DNA of 64,000 nt. It comes from a phage. A program made the translations under genes and the position numbers. The notes beneath the pieces were generated by a model. It saw only the letters and a list, made by a program, of their open reading frames with translations, ran no database searches and was not told the origin of the DNA. Position 1 is the first letter of the stretch, and each line of letters opens with the position of its first letter. Location of the stretch: assembly GCA_025832235.1 (NCBI GenBank), contig GCA_025832235.1_3649.1. One strand, written 5' to 3'. Below, piece after piece: positions 35,010 through 44,989 of this stretch.

Positions 35010-37088
35010 TTAAAAAGGCGTTTCATCATCCTCAAAACCAGGGACCGGGTCAGAGGATGGATCATCGTACTGGAGGTCTTCCTGCGTGTCAACAGGCTTA
35101 ACAGTAGGAGTTACAACCTTATCAGCCACAACCTTGCCCATAGGTGTTTCTACAACTGCATGCTCCTGATCCTCAAACATAGCCTGAGGTCTCCAAACAA
35201 CCTCCCCACCTTCTCCGTCTGTAAACATTTGCATTTCTTTGTCCCAGTACCAATTACTGGCATCATGGAACTTACCTGTATGCGGATCCATAACTAAAGT
35301 GTCAGCAATACCTAAAGTTTTTGCTGGACGGTTTTTAAGACCTACCAGACGGACACGTCCACGAGAACGATCCACCATTTCTTCAGCCTCGACACCTATG
35401 ACTACCCAACTCAACTGTTCAAGCCCAGCCGATCCTCGCAAATTCTCTTTTCGCACAGGATACCAGAAAGGTAACGGGTTACCATCCTTGTCCTTAGGAG
35501 GCACAATCTCTGTACGTTTGAGGTGAGCGATCACCAAGATAAACACGTTAAACTGCTTACAAAACGCAGCCAGCTGAGTCATAGCCATGTCCAGTTCTTT
35601 TCGCTCATCCTTAACATTAAGCCCTGAAATTACCATGGACAGGTGATCCAGCACAATATAACGGCAATGGTACAGGCAAACCATTTGCTTAAGCTTGGTA
35701 ATCAACTCGTCCACCGGAATAGATCCGAAATGTTTGAACACTTTGATTTTTCCAGCTTTTGCCCATGATTGGTGAATCTCTGCGTGTTCTTGATCAGTTA
35801 AAAACTGGCTAGGATCTTCAACAAACTCTTTAACATCAAACCCTAACTGGTTTGCATACAAGGAGTTAATTGCTTCCTCTGGGTCCTCCTCAAGATGGAT
35901 CATACATAGACGATCATCCTCTTCATAGTCATCAGCCTTCGGGCATGTCGGGTCCATTAGGTATCTTGCAATACAATGTTCCAGTTTTTTAGCTACAGTT
36001 GTTTTACCGCCCCCTGATGGCCCTGTAAGCATTACGAGTGTCCCTTTGTGCAAGCCTTTTAGCATTTTTTGCAGTTTTGGGAACTCTGCGCTGATATCTA
36101 CCCCGTTGGAAGTCTTTTTCCGCAAAGACTCGATAGAGAAGTCTTCTAAATCCGACACAGCATCAGGCACATATTTAACAGGGTGCCGGAACATGTTGAC
36201 AATATCTTCCAGCTTTTTAGCCTTCAGCATGTCACGGATATCTTTTACCCCGTCAGGGTCATTTACTTCACCAGGGTATTCTACGTGGTAAACGTTATCA
36301 GCCATCAAAAATGCTGCGATATTGTGCGTGGCCTCAACACCTTTAATGACGTGTTTTTGCTTCTCTACCTCGTTAGCTGCATCGTTATCCATTGCCAGCA
36401 CAACTGTTCCATAGCTACGGATAAACTTCTCATTGTTTGCAAAAGTATCTACTGCGTTTGCACATCCACAGTTAATTCCAACAAAAGGCAGGCAGGGTTT
36501 TCCTGCCAGATCACCACCGTTGATAACTGCGTCGATCCCGTCCTGGACCTCTTTAGCCCACTGCTTCACCTTTGCCGGGGCTTTAGCGTTGGTGAGAATC
36601 CCTTTTACTTGTATCTGATATGCAGCCTGCCATGCTGCAATAACATCACCTTCCCCCTCACAAACGTTAATCTGCTTACGGTTGTTGGAAGATGCACACA
36701 GCTTTTGACCAAACATCTGGGAGTTGGCCTTTACGATGCCAACAACGGAGAAGTGGCCCCTTTGTTCTTTAGGAATAGTCCAGTCACGCTTTTTGAAACC
36801 GGACAGATTTCCGTAGCGGTCGTAATATGGGAAATATGTTGCAGTGACTGTCACACCGTCTTCTTGTGACAATGCTGATCGCACACCAAAATATTGTGCA
36901 GCCATCAGACCGATATTTTGTTGTGGGACAGGGACAATTTTAGTATTTTCTAAAACAGTCTCTACAGTTTCAACTTCTTTTTCATCACGATAGTCTCGTT
37001 TCACACTTCCCCCACTTTTATACTTAGTTGCTTTCGGGTTTGGCTCACCGAAACGGTTGTATGCAGATGCCATAAATTTACTTCCCAT
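35010..37088 (-). CDS. primase-helicase (toprim domain + DnaB-like helicase; T7 gp4-like)
   Basis: Toprim motifs CEGEGD and LAMDNDAANE; Walker A LTGPSGGGKTT; Walker B IVLDHL; AHLKR; acidic C-terminal tail ...FEDDETPF. Confidence 0.8.
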   Translation of the reverse strand: MGSKFMASAYNRFGEPNPKATKYKSGGSVKRDYRDEKEVETVETVLENTKIVPVPQQNIGLMAAQYFGVRSALSQEDGVTVTATYFPYYDRYGNLSGFKKRDWTIPKEQRGHFSVVGIVKANSQMFGQKLCASSNNRKQINVCEGEGDVIAAWQAAYQIQVKGILTNAKAPAKVKQWAKEVQDGIDAVINGGDLAGKPCLPFVGINCGCANAVDTFANNEKFIRSYGTVVLAMDNDAANEVEKQKHVIKGVEATHNIAAFLMADNVYHVEYPGEVNDPDGVKDIRDMLKAKKLEDIVNMFRHPVKYVPDAVSDLEDFSIESLRKKTSNGVDISAEFPKLQKMLKGLHKGTLVMLTGPSGGGKTTVAKKLEHCIARYLMDPTCPKADDYEEDDRLCMIHLEEDPEEAINSLYANQLGFDVKEFVEDPSQFLTDQEHAEIHQSWAKAGKIKVFKHFGSIPVDELITKLKQMVCLYHCRYIVLDHLSMVISGLNVKDERKELDMAMTQLAAFCKQFNVFILVIAHLKRTEIVPPKDKDGNPLPFWYPVRKENLRGSAGLEQLSWVVIGVEAEEMVDRSRGRVRLVGLKNRPAKTLGIADTLVMDPHTGKFHDASNWYWDKEMQMFTDGEGGEVVWRPQAMFEDQEHAVVETPMGKVVADKVVTPTVKPVDTQEDLQYDDPSSDPVPGFEDDETPF

Positions 37089-37872
37089 TAATTCTGCTCC
37101 TTACTACAGGCTCGTTTGCTAGGAATACGGCTTTTGCCCAGCCACGTGGTGTGAGGCTTCGAATCATCTTCGTTCTTGCACTCTTTCCACCCAGCTTGGC
37201 GTGTTGCATGGAATACCCGCTAACCGCGTCAACTATTTGCGGGACAGGTTTTGTGGCTGGGATTATAAATCCATTACCTATCCAGCCGCAAGTTATTTTT
37301 GGATAGGCATCACGTGGAGCTATAAATTCAGGAAACCATGGGTTTACATCATCTTCCGGTAAATACCCGCCATAATCCGAAGGGTGAAAACGGTAATCAG
37401 GTTTGCGCCACAGTGTGGACATAACACCCACAGGATTCTCTACATGCCACGGGCAATCGTAAATCTCTCCCAGCTCTTCCGCAACCCGAGCATCCTTTAC
37501 AGCATTAATTTGGATCATGGGGTCCTTAGCCAGCTTTTTCTTAAAATGTGCAGCACCTGATACCGCTAAATGCGTGCACGGAGGAAATGCAAGAATAAAA
37601 TCTGGAGCCGGATACATGCAAAAAGTTTCCTGAGGGAACCACGGGTCAATCCAATAGTCCACATAGTGAATGTTGGGATGATCGGTGATCACCTCTGCAT
37701 AACTGCCGTGATCAGCGCCTTCTGCATTAAAGCACAGGCACAGGTACCCAGCTTTTGCCCAGTCAATGGCTGCACCACCAGACCCGTCAAATAGACTCCA
37801 CACAACACCTTTGTGGTAGTGTTCTTTGTAGATAAATTTCAATTTGCTGTCTCCTAATGCAAAAAGCCCCAC
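37078..37872 (-). CDS. DNA (cytosine-5)-methyltransferase-like protein (tentative)
   Basis: Motif I-like LFDGSGGAA, motif IV-like FPPCTHLAVSGA (PCT instead of PCQ), motif VI-like HVENPVG, in canonical order; only 264 aa. Confidence 0.4.
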   Translation of the reverse strand: MGLFALGDSKLKFIYKEHYHKGVVWSLFDGSGGAAIDWAKAGYLCLCFNAEGADHGSYAEVITDHPNIHYVDYWIDPWFPQETFCMYPAPDFILAFPPCTHLAVSGAAHFKKKLAKDPMIQINAVKDARVAEELGEIYDCPWHVENPVGVMSTLWRKPDYRFHPSDYGGYLPEDDVNPWFPEFIAPRDAYPKITCGWIGNGFIIPATKPVPQIVDAVSGYSMQHAKLGGKSARTKMIRSLTPRGWAKAVFLANEPVVRSRINGK

Positions 37873-37893
37873 CCTTTCGGGCAGGGCCTAGTG

Positions 37894-38376
37894 TTAAACC
37901 CGGATACCTATTGTATACTCGGTGGATACCAATGTCAAATCTAAATTTAAAATTTCTTGCATCTCATAATATGCGTCCAGGGTTAGATACATTTCCCCAT
38001 CCTTTTCTGCATACTTGTCCAAGTGCTTAAGGCATTTCGGATAACTATCGAGTGCAGCTTTCAGACACTCAAATTCTGTGCTGTTAATGAATCCTTCCAT
38101 CTTAGCTACCCGTTCTGGAGTAACGATAGCACTGTAGTGAGATTTAGCTTCCTGAATGCAATGGGTCCAAGCATCAACTTTCTCTTCGAAAAGCCCGAAG
38201 AACTTCTTTTTGGTGAGCTTCAGATTCTTTAAGTGCTTAAGCACTCGGTTGCCGATCACAGCCACATCACGAAACTTAAGGATCACTTTGTCGATATCCT
38301 CGCGGCCTATTTTCACAAAGCAAGCCTCGCACATTTCAGGAGTGGCATAGCCTACTTTCCACATAAAATCTGACAT
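37894..38376 (-). CDS. hypothetical protein
   Basis: ORF track. Confidence 0.55.
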   Translation of the reverse strand: MSDFMWKVGYATPEMCEACFVKIGREDIDKVILKFRDVAVIGNRVLKHLKNLKLTKKKFFGLFEEKVDAWTHCIQEAKSHYSAIVTPERVAKMEGFINSTEFECLKAALDSYPKCLKHLDKYAEKDGEMYLTLDAYYEMQEILNLDLTLVSTEYTIGIRV

Positions 38377-38388
38377 AACACCCTCTCC

Positions 38389-38784
38389 TTATTCCTGAAA
38401 AGCAACGATATCATATGAACTTGCAGATGATCCTGGTGAAGAATGACTCCAGTCTAGGTCATCAGAGTAGTCAGCGTACTGTGCACCACTACGTAGTTTG
38501 TATTTTACCCACTTACCTGGTGCAGGGTTTTCACCACCTTCCCATACTTCCCAGCCTTCTGGCAGGCCGTCCTGAGAGTAGTCATCCACCTCACTAATGA
38601 TCTTAGGGTTTGGCACCAAGATCCCCGCAGGCTCTTCCTTCCGGATAAGTGTCCACACAGCGTAGGTGTCGGAGCAGGCGCACGATAGCAAAGTATATCC
38701 ACTGTTCAGAACTTCTGCAATCTCTTTTTCAGCATCTTCCAATTTAGTTAAGTGGTATTGGAGAATCTTCACACCTGTAATCAT
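38389..38784 (-). CDS. hypothetical protein
   Basis: ORF track. Confidence 0.55.
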   Translation of the reverse strand: MITGVKILQYHLTKLEDAEKEIAEVLNSGYTLLSCACSDTYAVWTLIRKEEPAGILVPNPKIISEVDDYSQDGLPEGWEVWEGGENPAPGKWVKYKLRSGAQYADYSDDLDWSHSSPGSSASSYDIVAFQE

Positions 38785-39086
38785 CAGAAACCTCCCACTT
38801 CTTCGGCAAATGCAGCTGCTGTCGTCGCTGCATCCAGATAGGACTCTAGTTCACGGGCTGCACGTTTGTAAATTGAGTGGCGCATATCGTTTGGCAGTTG
38901 GTGGAAGTCCACCTCTTCACCGTTGTGGTAAACATGCACATCGGTAATTTGTCTAAATCCGTAATAGTCAACATCAGAATCACGGCACTCCGGGTCTGGC
39001 AACTGGACAACTGCCTGAGCTTCCACAGTAAACATATCGTCAAGTTCGAAATCGATTTCAAAAGTGTATGGTTTATAACGTTTCAT
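38784..39086 (-). CDS. hypothetical protein
   Basis: ORF track; overlapping start/stop with neighbour. Confidence 0.55.
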   Translation of the reverse strand: MKRYKPYTFEIDFELDDMFTVEAQAVVQLPDPECRDSDVDYYGFRQITDVHVYHNGEEVDFHQLPNDMRHSIYKRAARELESYLDAATTAAAFAEEVGGF

Positions 39087-39146
39087 CGTTTAGTGCTTCC
39101 TTAGTTTTTGTGGGGAGGAGTGCCTCCCCTTTAGACCCACATCTTA

Positions 39147-39488
39147 CTACTCAAGGTCTTCAGAGTCAAGCTCAAAAAGAATCAAACTGTGCATACCTGC
39201 AGAGAGATCAACACACCCTGCAACAATAAGGGTCTGATAGTAAGGTTCAGTACCCTCGATGTCTTCGTTAAAATCCACAACAAGGTAGTCACCTTTGTTA
39301 AAGGTGTATTTGTCCGATGTAAATGCAAAACCTGCCCAGTCCCCTACTGCAGGATCTTTATCAGTCACCTTTGTTAGCAGTAGATCTTTTTCACGAGATC
39401 TTTTAGTAAAATCGTGAATCACAACATCCTTCTCTTCAGGAGTTGGATTTCCACACACGTAGTTAACTATATTTCTCCACAAACTCAT
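39147..39488 (-). CDS. hypothetical protein
   Basis: ORF track. Confidence 0.55.
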   Translation of the reverse strand: MSLWRNIVNYVCGNPTPEEKDVVIHDFTKRSREKDLLLTKVTDKDPAVGDWAGFAFTSDKYTFNKGDYLVVDFNEDIEGTEPYYQTLIVAGCVDLSAGMHSLILFELDSEDLE

Positions 39489-40855
39489 ACGTCCCCCTCT
39501 TCGGCTCTGGTTTCAAAATCTTTCCTGACAATTTTGTCTAAGTCAGGGAATGTTGTATTGTAAAACTCTACGACTCGCGGGTCAACAATAATGTCAACTT
39601 CTCTTAGTGGACGCAACAAGTTTATTCCTTGTATCGTCTTAACTCTACTCAAAGCGACATACGTCATCCCAGGAGAGAAAGCTCCGTTCTTTCCAAGGTC
39701 CAGGTTGTAACAATCTAGCGTAAGTCCTTGACTTTTATGAGATGTTACGGCGTACCCAGATTTCAGAGGGAGTTGCTTGTATGATCCAATCACTACCCTC
39801 TCTATAAACTTCTCCATCTTCCTTTCTGCAATGTTGTATCTTTGAGATGGCTTATACTCGTTATTCTCCCACAACCTTTGTTCTATGTCAACCTGTGTTC
39901 CATCTTCAAGCTCCACCACCACCGCCTTGTTCTTAAATTTAACAATTGTGGCACGTGTTCCGTTAACATAATAAGGTACTTTGTGCGTCGGGTCAACATC
40001 GTTGGCGGTTATCATAACTTTCATGCCAATTTTCAACTTCATCTCCTGCTCAACTGGCAAGGTGGAGGGAAACTTACCCTTCATTTCACCAGTGTATACC
40101 TTCTCTGGGGCGTTGATGGCATCATAGAACCTTCTGTTCACTTCCTCTGCTTGTTTGTTGGTGGCGCAAATTGTGAGAGCGTCTGTTGGTACACCTCCTT
40201 TGTAACAGCGAGCATTAAGTTCTGCTACAACCTCTTTTATACGACGACCCTCACGAACACAGTTGAGCATTGTAGCAAATCGAATAGACTCCTGTCGGAA
40301 CTGATCTATTAGGGCTATGTTGTGGAGGTCAAGCTCTTTCCAAGATTCGGTATAGCAACACAAGTCCGTATGGTAGAAATTGAAGTAGGCTTCCTTCTCC
40401 ATAGAAGAGACAACAGGAGGTGCCTGGTAAAAATCGCCAAACAATATGACCTGTATGCCTCCGAAAGGTTTGTCATTTTTTCGAAGGAAGCGGAGTTTCC
40501 TATCCATCTCTATAAACTTATCAGCACGGATCATAGAGATTTCATCGATAATTAGGATGGTAAATGCCTTGCTCTTCAAAGGCTTTGCTGTTTTTGCCCT
40601 TATTGCGGTCCAGTCTGACTCCATGCTCACACCTGCTGCAAGATCGAAGGTTCGGTGTGCTGTTGCTCCATTAACGTTTAAAGCGGCTACCCCTGTCGGG
40701 GCAACCGTTATGCAAGAGTCTCCATACATTGACTGGATCATGTTGATGAGGTACGTCTTCCCACAACCTGCGGGTCCTGAAACGAAGACATTCTCACCGC
40801 TCATGATTGCAACGAGGGCAGCATCTGTGCCTACATCATACTGCCCTTTTTCCAT
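39485..40855 (-). CDS. dda: SF1B DNA helicase (Dda/RecD/Pif1-like)
   Basis: Walker A GPAGCGKTY; Walker B ILIIDEISMI; AVTSHKSQGLTLD; YVALSRV. Confidence 0.8.
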   Translation of the reverse strand: MEKGQYDVGTDAALVAIMSGENVFVSGPAGCGKTYLINMIQSMYGDSCITVAPTGVAALNVNGATAHRTFDLAAGVSMESDWTAIRAKTAKPLKSKAFTILIIDEISMIRADKFIEMDRKLRFLRKNDKPFGGIQVILFGDFYQAPPVVSSMEKEAYFNFYHTDLCCYTESWKELDLHNIALIDQFRQESIRFATMLNCVREGRRIKEVVAELNARCYKGGVPTDALTICATNKQAEEVNRRFYDAINAPEKVYTGEMKGKFPSTLPVEQEMKLKIGMKVMITANDVDPTHKVPYYVNGTRATIVKFKNKAVVVELEDGTQVDIEQRLWENNEYKPSQRYNIAERKMEKFIERVVIGSYKQLPLKSGYAVTSHKSQGLTLDCYNLDLGKNGAFSPGMTYVALSRVKTIQGINLLRPLREVDIIVDPRVVEFYNTTFPDLDKIVRKDFETRAEEGDV

Positions 40856-42060
40856 TACGCCTCCTCGTAAAGAATGTCGATAGTGTTACCATCACGGTCA
40901 ACCACGTATTCAATCGGATCGCCATCTTTGCGTGATTCCGGTGCTGCTACGATTTCGTAGCGGCATGCACGGCACTTAGCACTGTTGTGTTGGTATGGCA
41001 CACTAACCACATCCGCAGGGTCAACCATAACCATCATTACGGTGCCATAGCCCGCTGCATACTCTTTGCTGGCGCAGTGCAGGCCATAAGAACACGCAGC
41101 TTCCGGATCATCTTCTACAAAGTTACGAGGCATGGATACAAAAGCACCCTGGTATTGTGGAACTTTACCGCTGTGCCAATCCACCCACTTGCTTCCGTTA
41201 AACTGAACCCCCTTATAGCAAATGATTCGACCATCTTCTGCAACCTGGATGTCATTAGCCTGCATGAAATCGTAGAGCATGTTCACAGATTTTGCAGACG
41301 GGTTGCGTAGCAGACGGACAAGGAATTTAACATATCGGTCGTCCAGTGTTCCATCTATATAATCTTCCTCAATTTTCTTTGCAATGGTAGATTGCATCTC
41401 TACACCGTAGTAATAGAGCTTACCATCTTTCATAATCAGGTTGTCTGCAAGTGTAGTGAACTCATTCTTGCGTTCCAACCAGACAAGGATTTCACCAATT
41501 GCCTCGTCATATTCCTGAACAGAGATATGGTCGAAGACTTTCTGGTAAACTTCCTCACTTTCGCTGCGGCGAATTTCAAAAATGCCTTCGTTGCAGGTGA
41601 TCTGGAGGAGTTCCCCACAAATAACCACCAAAGGCTCGATGTTTCGAGTCTGTTGCTGAGACACACTGCTCACCACCTCCAGCACCGGATCTTTGACTTC
41701 TACTAAAGGTTCTTCTGACTTGATTGCCACCCCAGTGAACCCCACACCGTGAACAACACACAGTGGGTATACCACGCCCCAACGTTTAACGGAACCTTCG
41801 CCTAAATCTAAGATCATAGCGTACTTACCGTTATCTTCCAGACCGTATCGAAATAAACGGGCCTCTTCGCGGGTTTCAAAATCCTCACGGGTGTAGCAGA
41901 CGCTGTCACGGTCAGGATTGAACAACTCTGGGGCACCAACTGCCAGTGTCCAGGTTGTGTCGCCTTTCTCAATGGCACATGTGAAACCCTTCTTCTCAAG
42001 TTCTGCACGGCGGTCTCGTGCTTCTTTACGGGTTTTGAAATGTTCGTAGATGAAAATCAT
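40855..42060 (-). CDS. rIIB: rIIB-like protein
   Basis: Immediately downstream of rIIA-like gene (T4 order); SAKSVNMLYDFMQANDIQVAEDG and MPRNFVEDDPEAACSYGLHCASKEY...VDPADVVSVP...NSAKCRACRYEIV parallel T4 rIIB as recalled from memory. Confidence 0.6.
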   Translation of the reverse strand: MIFIYEHFKTRKEARDRRAELEKKGFTCAIEKGDTTWTLAVGAPELFNPDRDSVCYTREDFETREEARLFRYGLEDNGKYAMILDLGEGSVKRWGVVYPLCVVHGVGFTGVAIKSEEPLVEVKDPVLEVVSSVSQQQTRNIEPLVVICGELLQITCNEGIFEIRRSESEEVYQKVFDHISVQEYDEAIGEILVWLERKNEFTTLADNLIMKDGKLYYYGVEMQSTIAKKIEEDYIDGTLDDRYVKFLVRLLRNPSAKSVNMLYDFMQANDIQVAEDGRIICYKGVQFNGSKWVDWHSGKVPQYQGAFVSMPRNFVEDDPEAACSYGLHCASKEYAAGYGTVMMVMVDPADVVSVPYQHNSAKCRACRYEIVAAPESRKDGDPIEYVVDRDGNTIDILYEEA

Positions 42061-42070
42061 CTTGGTCTCC

Positions 42071-44053
42071 TTATTTGATGTTATTCTTTGTATCGATCAG
42101 CTCACGGTATTCAATCATAGCAGGGGTGTCCCAATATTTCAAGCCCACATGCTTCAAAAGTGGATATTTCTTTTCCAATCTTGCAATATAGGCCTTCCCG
42201 CACTTAACCCGGTTGGTGATTAAGATTTTGGCACGATGATTTAGCTCACTGTGCTTCCACGCGGTGTTACCTTCCCACTTGTGGAAATGTGGCCGATAAT
42301 TTCCAAAATCCTGCATGGGGATAATTTTCCCTAATTGTCTATACAAGCTGTCATATGAAGTTTCATTTGCTGCGCGAGTCAGTAAGAATTTCCAAGCATC
42401 CTCTTTCAACAAATGTTCCACATTCTTCTCTGTAACATACTGGCAATCAGGATCAGTCCAAAGCAGACGAGATTCTGATACCAAGTACAGATCTTCACCT
42501 TCAGGAATCTGGAGTGCAGCACGCACACGGTCATAATTTTGCTGGTAGATGTTACTCAGCTGTCCCAGCCAACAACTTCCACGTTGGATATCACCCTCAT
42601 AAGGAATGCAGTGCTTAATCTTCTTGAACTCTGCCTTAGTAATACGTTCACGACGGAAGTAACCATCCTTCTCAAGCTTTTTAACCCAATAACCTGGCTC
42701 GTAATGAGTTTTTGTTTCACCTTTCTTCGCAGGTCGGCGAGGGAGCTCTGATAACAATTTGACAGTATCTGCAAAGAACGGATGGTGTGCCGCCTCTTTA
42801 AACTCTTTCACCAGATCCGTGTTCCGGCAATAGAAAACGTTGCGTCCGGTGATTTCGCTTAAGTAGTTACACTTATTTCGGTTATATTTGCCGTCTCCGT
42901 CGTTAAATACAAGGTATACACCTCGTAAGAACTCCGACTTTCCGTAACAAGCGTAACCTATGCGGCCTTTATTTAAGCCGCCAGCGAAGATCTCACAGTC
43001 CCCCAAATTTCCTAGGCCTGTCTCTTCCCATCGTTCCCACATAAAATTCTTACCGAAGATGTGCCCGAACACTCCACTGTTCTTCATCATCTCGCGTGCT
43101 TCTGAGGATGTTTTTGCTGTCTCCAATTCCGCAACAACTTCTGCCCCACGTAAACGGATACCCTCTTTGACAAAAGCCTCCAGGCGATCCTGGAATCCAC
43201 CGTCGTCATGGCCCTCTATGGTCCATTCGCGCCCAGGGTTAATATTGCAATCCCCAATAGGAATCTCTACACAGATTGCAGGGTAGTCTGTCAATGTTTC
43301 CAGGAATTTAGATCGGTAAGGTTGGTGACCCATTACCACGCGACTCTCGTCAGAGCTGGTATAACCTTTCAGGATAGTCATTTTCCAACCATCTTTCTCG
43401 TAGCGATACTGAGCCTCAACCTTGTCACCTTCCAGCATCTTACTGGTCATAGGGTCGGTAACGGTAAACGGAAACTTTGCATAGCGTAGGCATGACGCAA
43501 TAGCAGTGCGATATTTCAGAACATGCTCTTTCTTAACATGGAACTGAACTTTTACCCCGTTGTGCTCTTCAGTCTTCCGCTCGCGGATCTTGGTAACGTT
43601 TGGGATACCCTGATCCAAGAACAATAGATATGTGCTTTCAACACCGTTGTGCACACTAATCACATCGAAAGTGTCCACCATGCTGAACGGGGCCTTTGAA
43701 CCTACACCTTTATTACCTACCAGAGCGTTGCTGTTGCGCTTGGTTGACTCCCCGAGGTTCATGAAAGTGTTGCGGACCATCTCTTCTGACATACCCAATC
43801 CAACGTCCTGCACAAAGAAGTATGGTTCAAGGTCTGTAGGAGAGTGAATGATGATCGGTACATCACCCCGTCCAGACTCAACATGGGAGTCCACAGCATT
43901 GAAGATTGGTTCACGGCAGCTTGCCAGCACCTTATCTTCGTAAATCCCTTTAATGATTAGCCCAAAAGTCTCTTTGTTCAGAGAAATTGAGCCCCTGGTG
44001 ACCTCCATATTTCCGGTCAGCACTGCTTTAGTTTCATTACTGTTTACAATCAT
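42071..44053 (-). CDS. rIIA: rIIA-like protein (N-terminal GHKL/HATPase domain)
   Basis: Bergerat-fold motifs: N-box IFNAVDS, G1 VQDVGLGMS, G2 VGNKGVGSKAPFS; 660 aa; upstream of rIIB-like gene. Confidence 0.7.
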   Translation of the reverse strand: MIVNSNETKAVLTGNMEVTRGSISLNKETFGLIIKGIYEDKVLASCREPIFNAVDSHVESGRGDVPIIIHSPTDLEPYFFVQDVGLGMSEEMVRNTFMNLGESTKRNSNALVGNKGVGSKAPFSMVDTFDVISVHNGVESTYLLFLDQGIPNVTKIRERKTEEHNGVKVQFHVKKEHVLKYRTAIASCLRYAKFPFTVTDPMTSKMLEGDKVEAQYRYEKDGWKMTILKGYTSSDESRVVMGHQPYRSKFLETLTDYPAICVEIPIGDCNINPGREWTIEGHDDGGFQDRLEAFVKEGIRLRGAEVVAELETAKTSSEAREMMKNSGVFGHIFGKNFMWERWEETGLGNLGDCEIFAGGLNKGRIGYACYGKSEFLRGVYLVFNDGDGKYNRNKCNYLSEITGRNVFYCRNTDLVKEFKEAAHHPFFADTVKLLSELPRRPAKKGETKTHYEPGYWVKKLEKDGYFRRERITKAEFKKIKHCIPYEGDIQRGSCWLGQLSNIYQQNYDRVRAALQIPEGEDLYLVSESRLLWTDPDCQYVTEKNVEHLLKEDAWKFLLTRAANETSYDSLYRQLGKIIPMQDFGNYRPHFHKWEGNTAWKHSELNHRAKILITNRVKCGKAYIARLEKKYPLLKHVGLKYWDTPAMIEYRELIDTKNNIK

Positions 44054-44550
44054 TTATTGCGCTCCTTGTAGTAGATATGGCTCCCGAATTGAGCTGTCCT
44101 CTGCATCTTTTTTGCCCATTTCGGTCGTACTTTGGTTGTATGGTAGTGTGTTGCTCCACCTGTTATGTCCATAGCCATGTATGCAACATGGTTGTTATTA
44201 TAGACCTTTAGAAGCATCTTTGCAAGACTTTTAGCGTGATCCCATGAATCTTTTTCTGTCACCTTAAAAGTTTTGCCGTGGTTTGTCCACGAAAACTGGT
44301 TAGGTTGGTAGACAATCTTTCTTATAGTGTCTGGGTATTTGGGGTGAGATTTCCTGTTTAGTGTGGCAAACCCTGATGCCAGCATACCCATCGTGCCATC
44401 CCCTCTAGCCTCCCTGTAGATATTGCATGCCAGAATGTTTTCCTTAGTATCTGAGGGCTTGCAAGTATGATATACTTTTTGTTTTGGTGCTGCAACAACA
44501 GGCAGCGATAAAAATGCGCTCAAAATAATAGCAAAGATCTTAATTTTCAC
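44050..44550 (-). CDS. secreted cell-wall hydrolase (SleB/Hydrolase_2-like); candidate endolysin
   Basis: N-terminal signal peptide MKIKIFAIILSAFLSLPVVAAP; motifs NIYREARGDG and YQPNQFSW; start overlaps rIIA stop. Confidence 0.6.
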   Translation of the reverse strand: MKIKIFAIILSAFLSLPVVAAPKQKVYHTCKPSDTKENILACNIYREARGDGTMGMLASGFATLNRKSHPKYPDTIRKIVYQPNQFSWTNHGKTFKVTEKDSWDHAKSLAKMLLKVYNNNHVAYMAMDITGGATHYHTTKVRPKWAKKMQRTAQFGSHIYYKERNK

Positions 44551-44599
44551 AATAACTCCAAATAGAAAATCCCCGCCGAAGCGGGGGAGGTCTTAGAAA

Positions 44600-44980
44600 T
44601 TAATCGTAGTGTGCCAAAATCTCTCCATCGTTGCAAGTTCCCTCTACAAAGTTATGAAGATTCATGCACTCATCTTGATAGAAGAATTTACCGCTTTTCA
44701 GCCGTAAGCCAAACAACTCCGCATCTCCACGATGGCAAGCCTCTACAAGTTCATAGATTTCATACGGCAACTCTCCGTCGTCATGGAAGAACCCAGCCTT
44801 ATCGTTGACATAGATGAAGAAATAATCACTGCTATCGCAAGCGTCCAATATTTTAAACCAGATTTCATCTACATCTTTTTCTCGGATATCAATCACGCAA
44901 GTGGAGCTGCATTCGTACTCCTTCTCCGGCTCCTCGGTCAATACCACCCGGTAATTTCCCCGCTTACCTACTTTAGCCAT
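44600..44980 (-). CDS. hypothetical protein
   Basis: ORF track. Confidence 0.55.
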   Translation of the reverse strand: MAKVGKRGNYRVVLTEEPEKEYECSSTCVIDIREKDVDEIWFKILDACDSSDYFFIYVNDKAGFFHDDGELPYEIYELVEACHRGDAELFGLRLKSGKFFYQDECMNLHNFVEGTCNDGEILAHYD

Positions 44981-44989
44981 ACAACCCCC

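Noticed and set aside
35239-36869. Plus-strand ORFs (35239-35526, 36046-36291, 36183-36869, 36433-36618) inside the primase-helicase gene
   Set aside because: Antisense to a well-supported conserved gene; no SD or promoter context.
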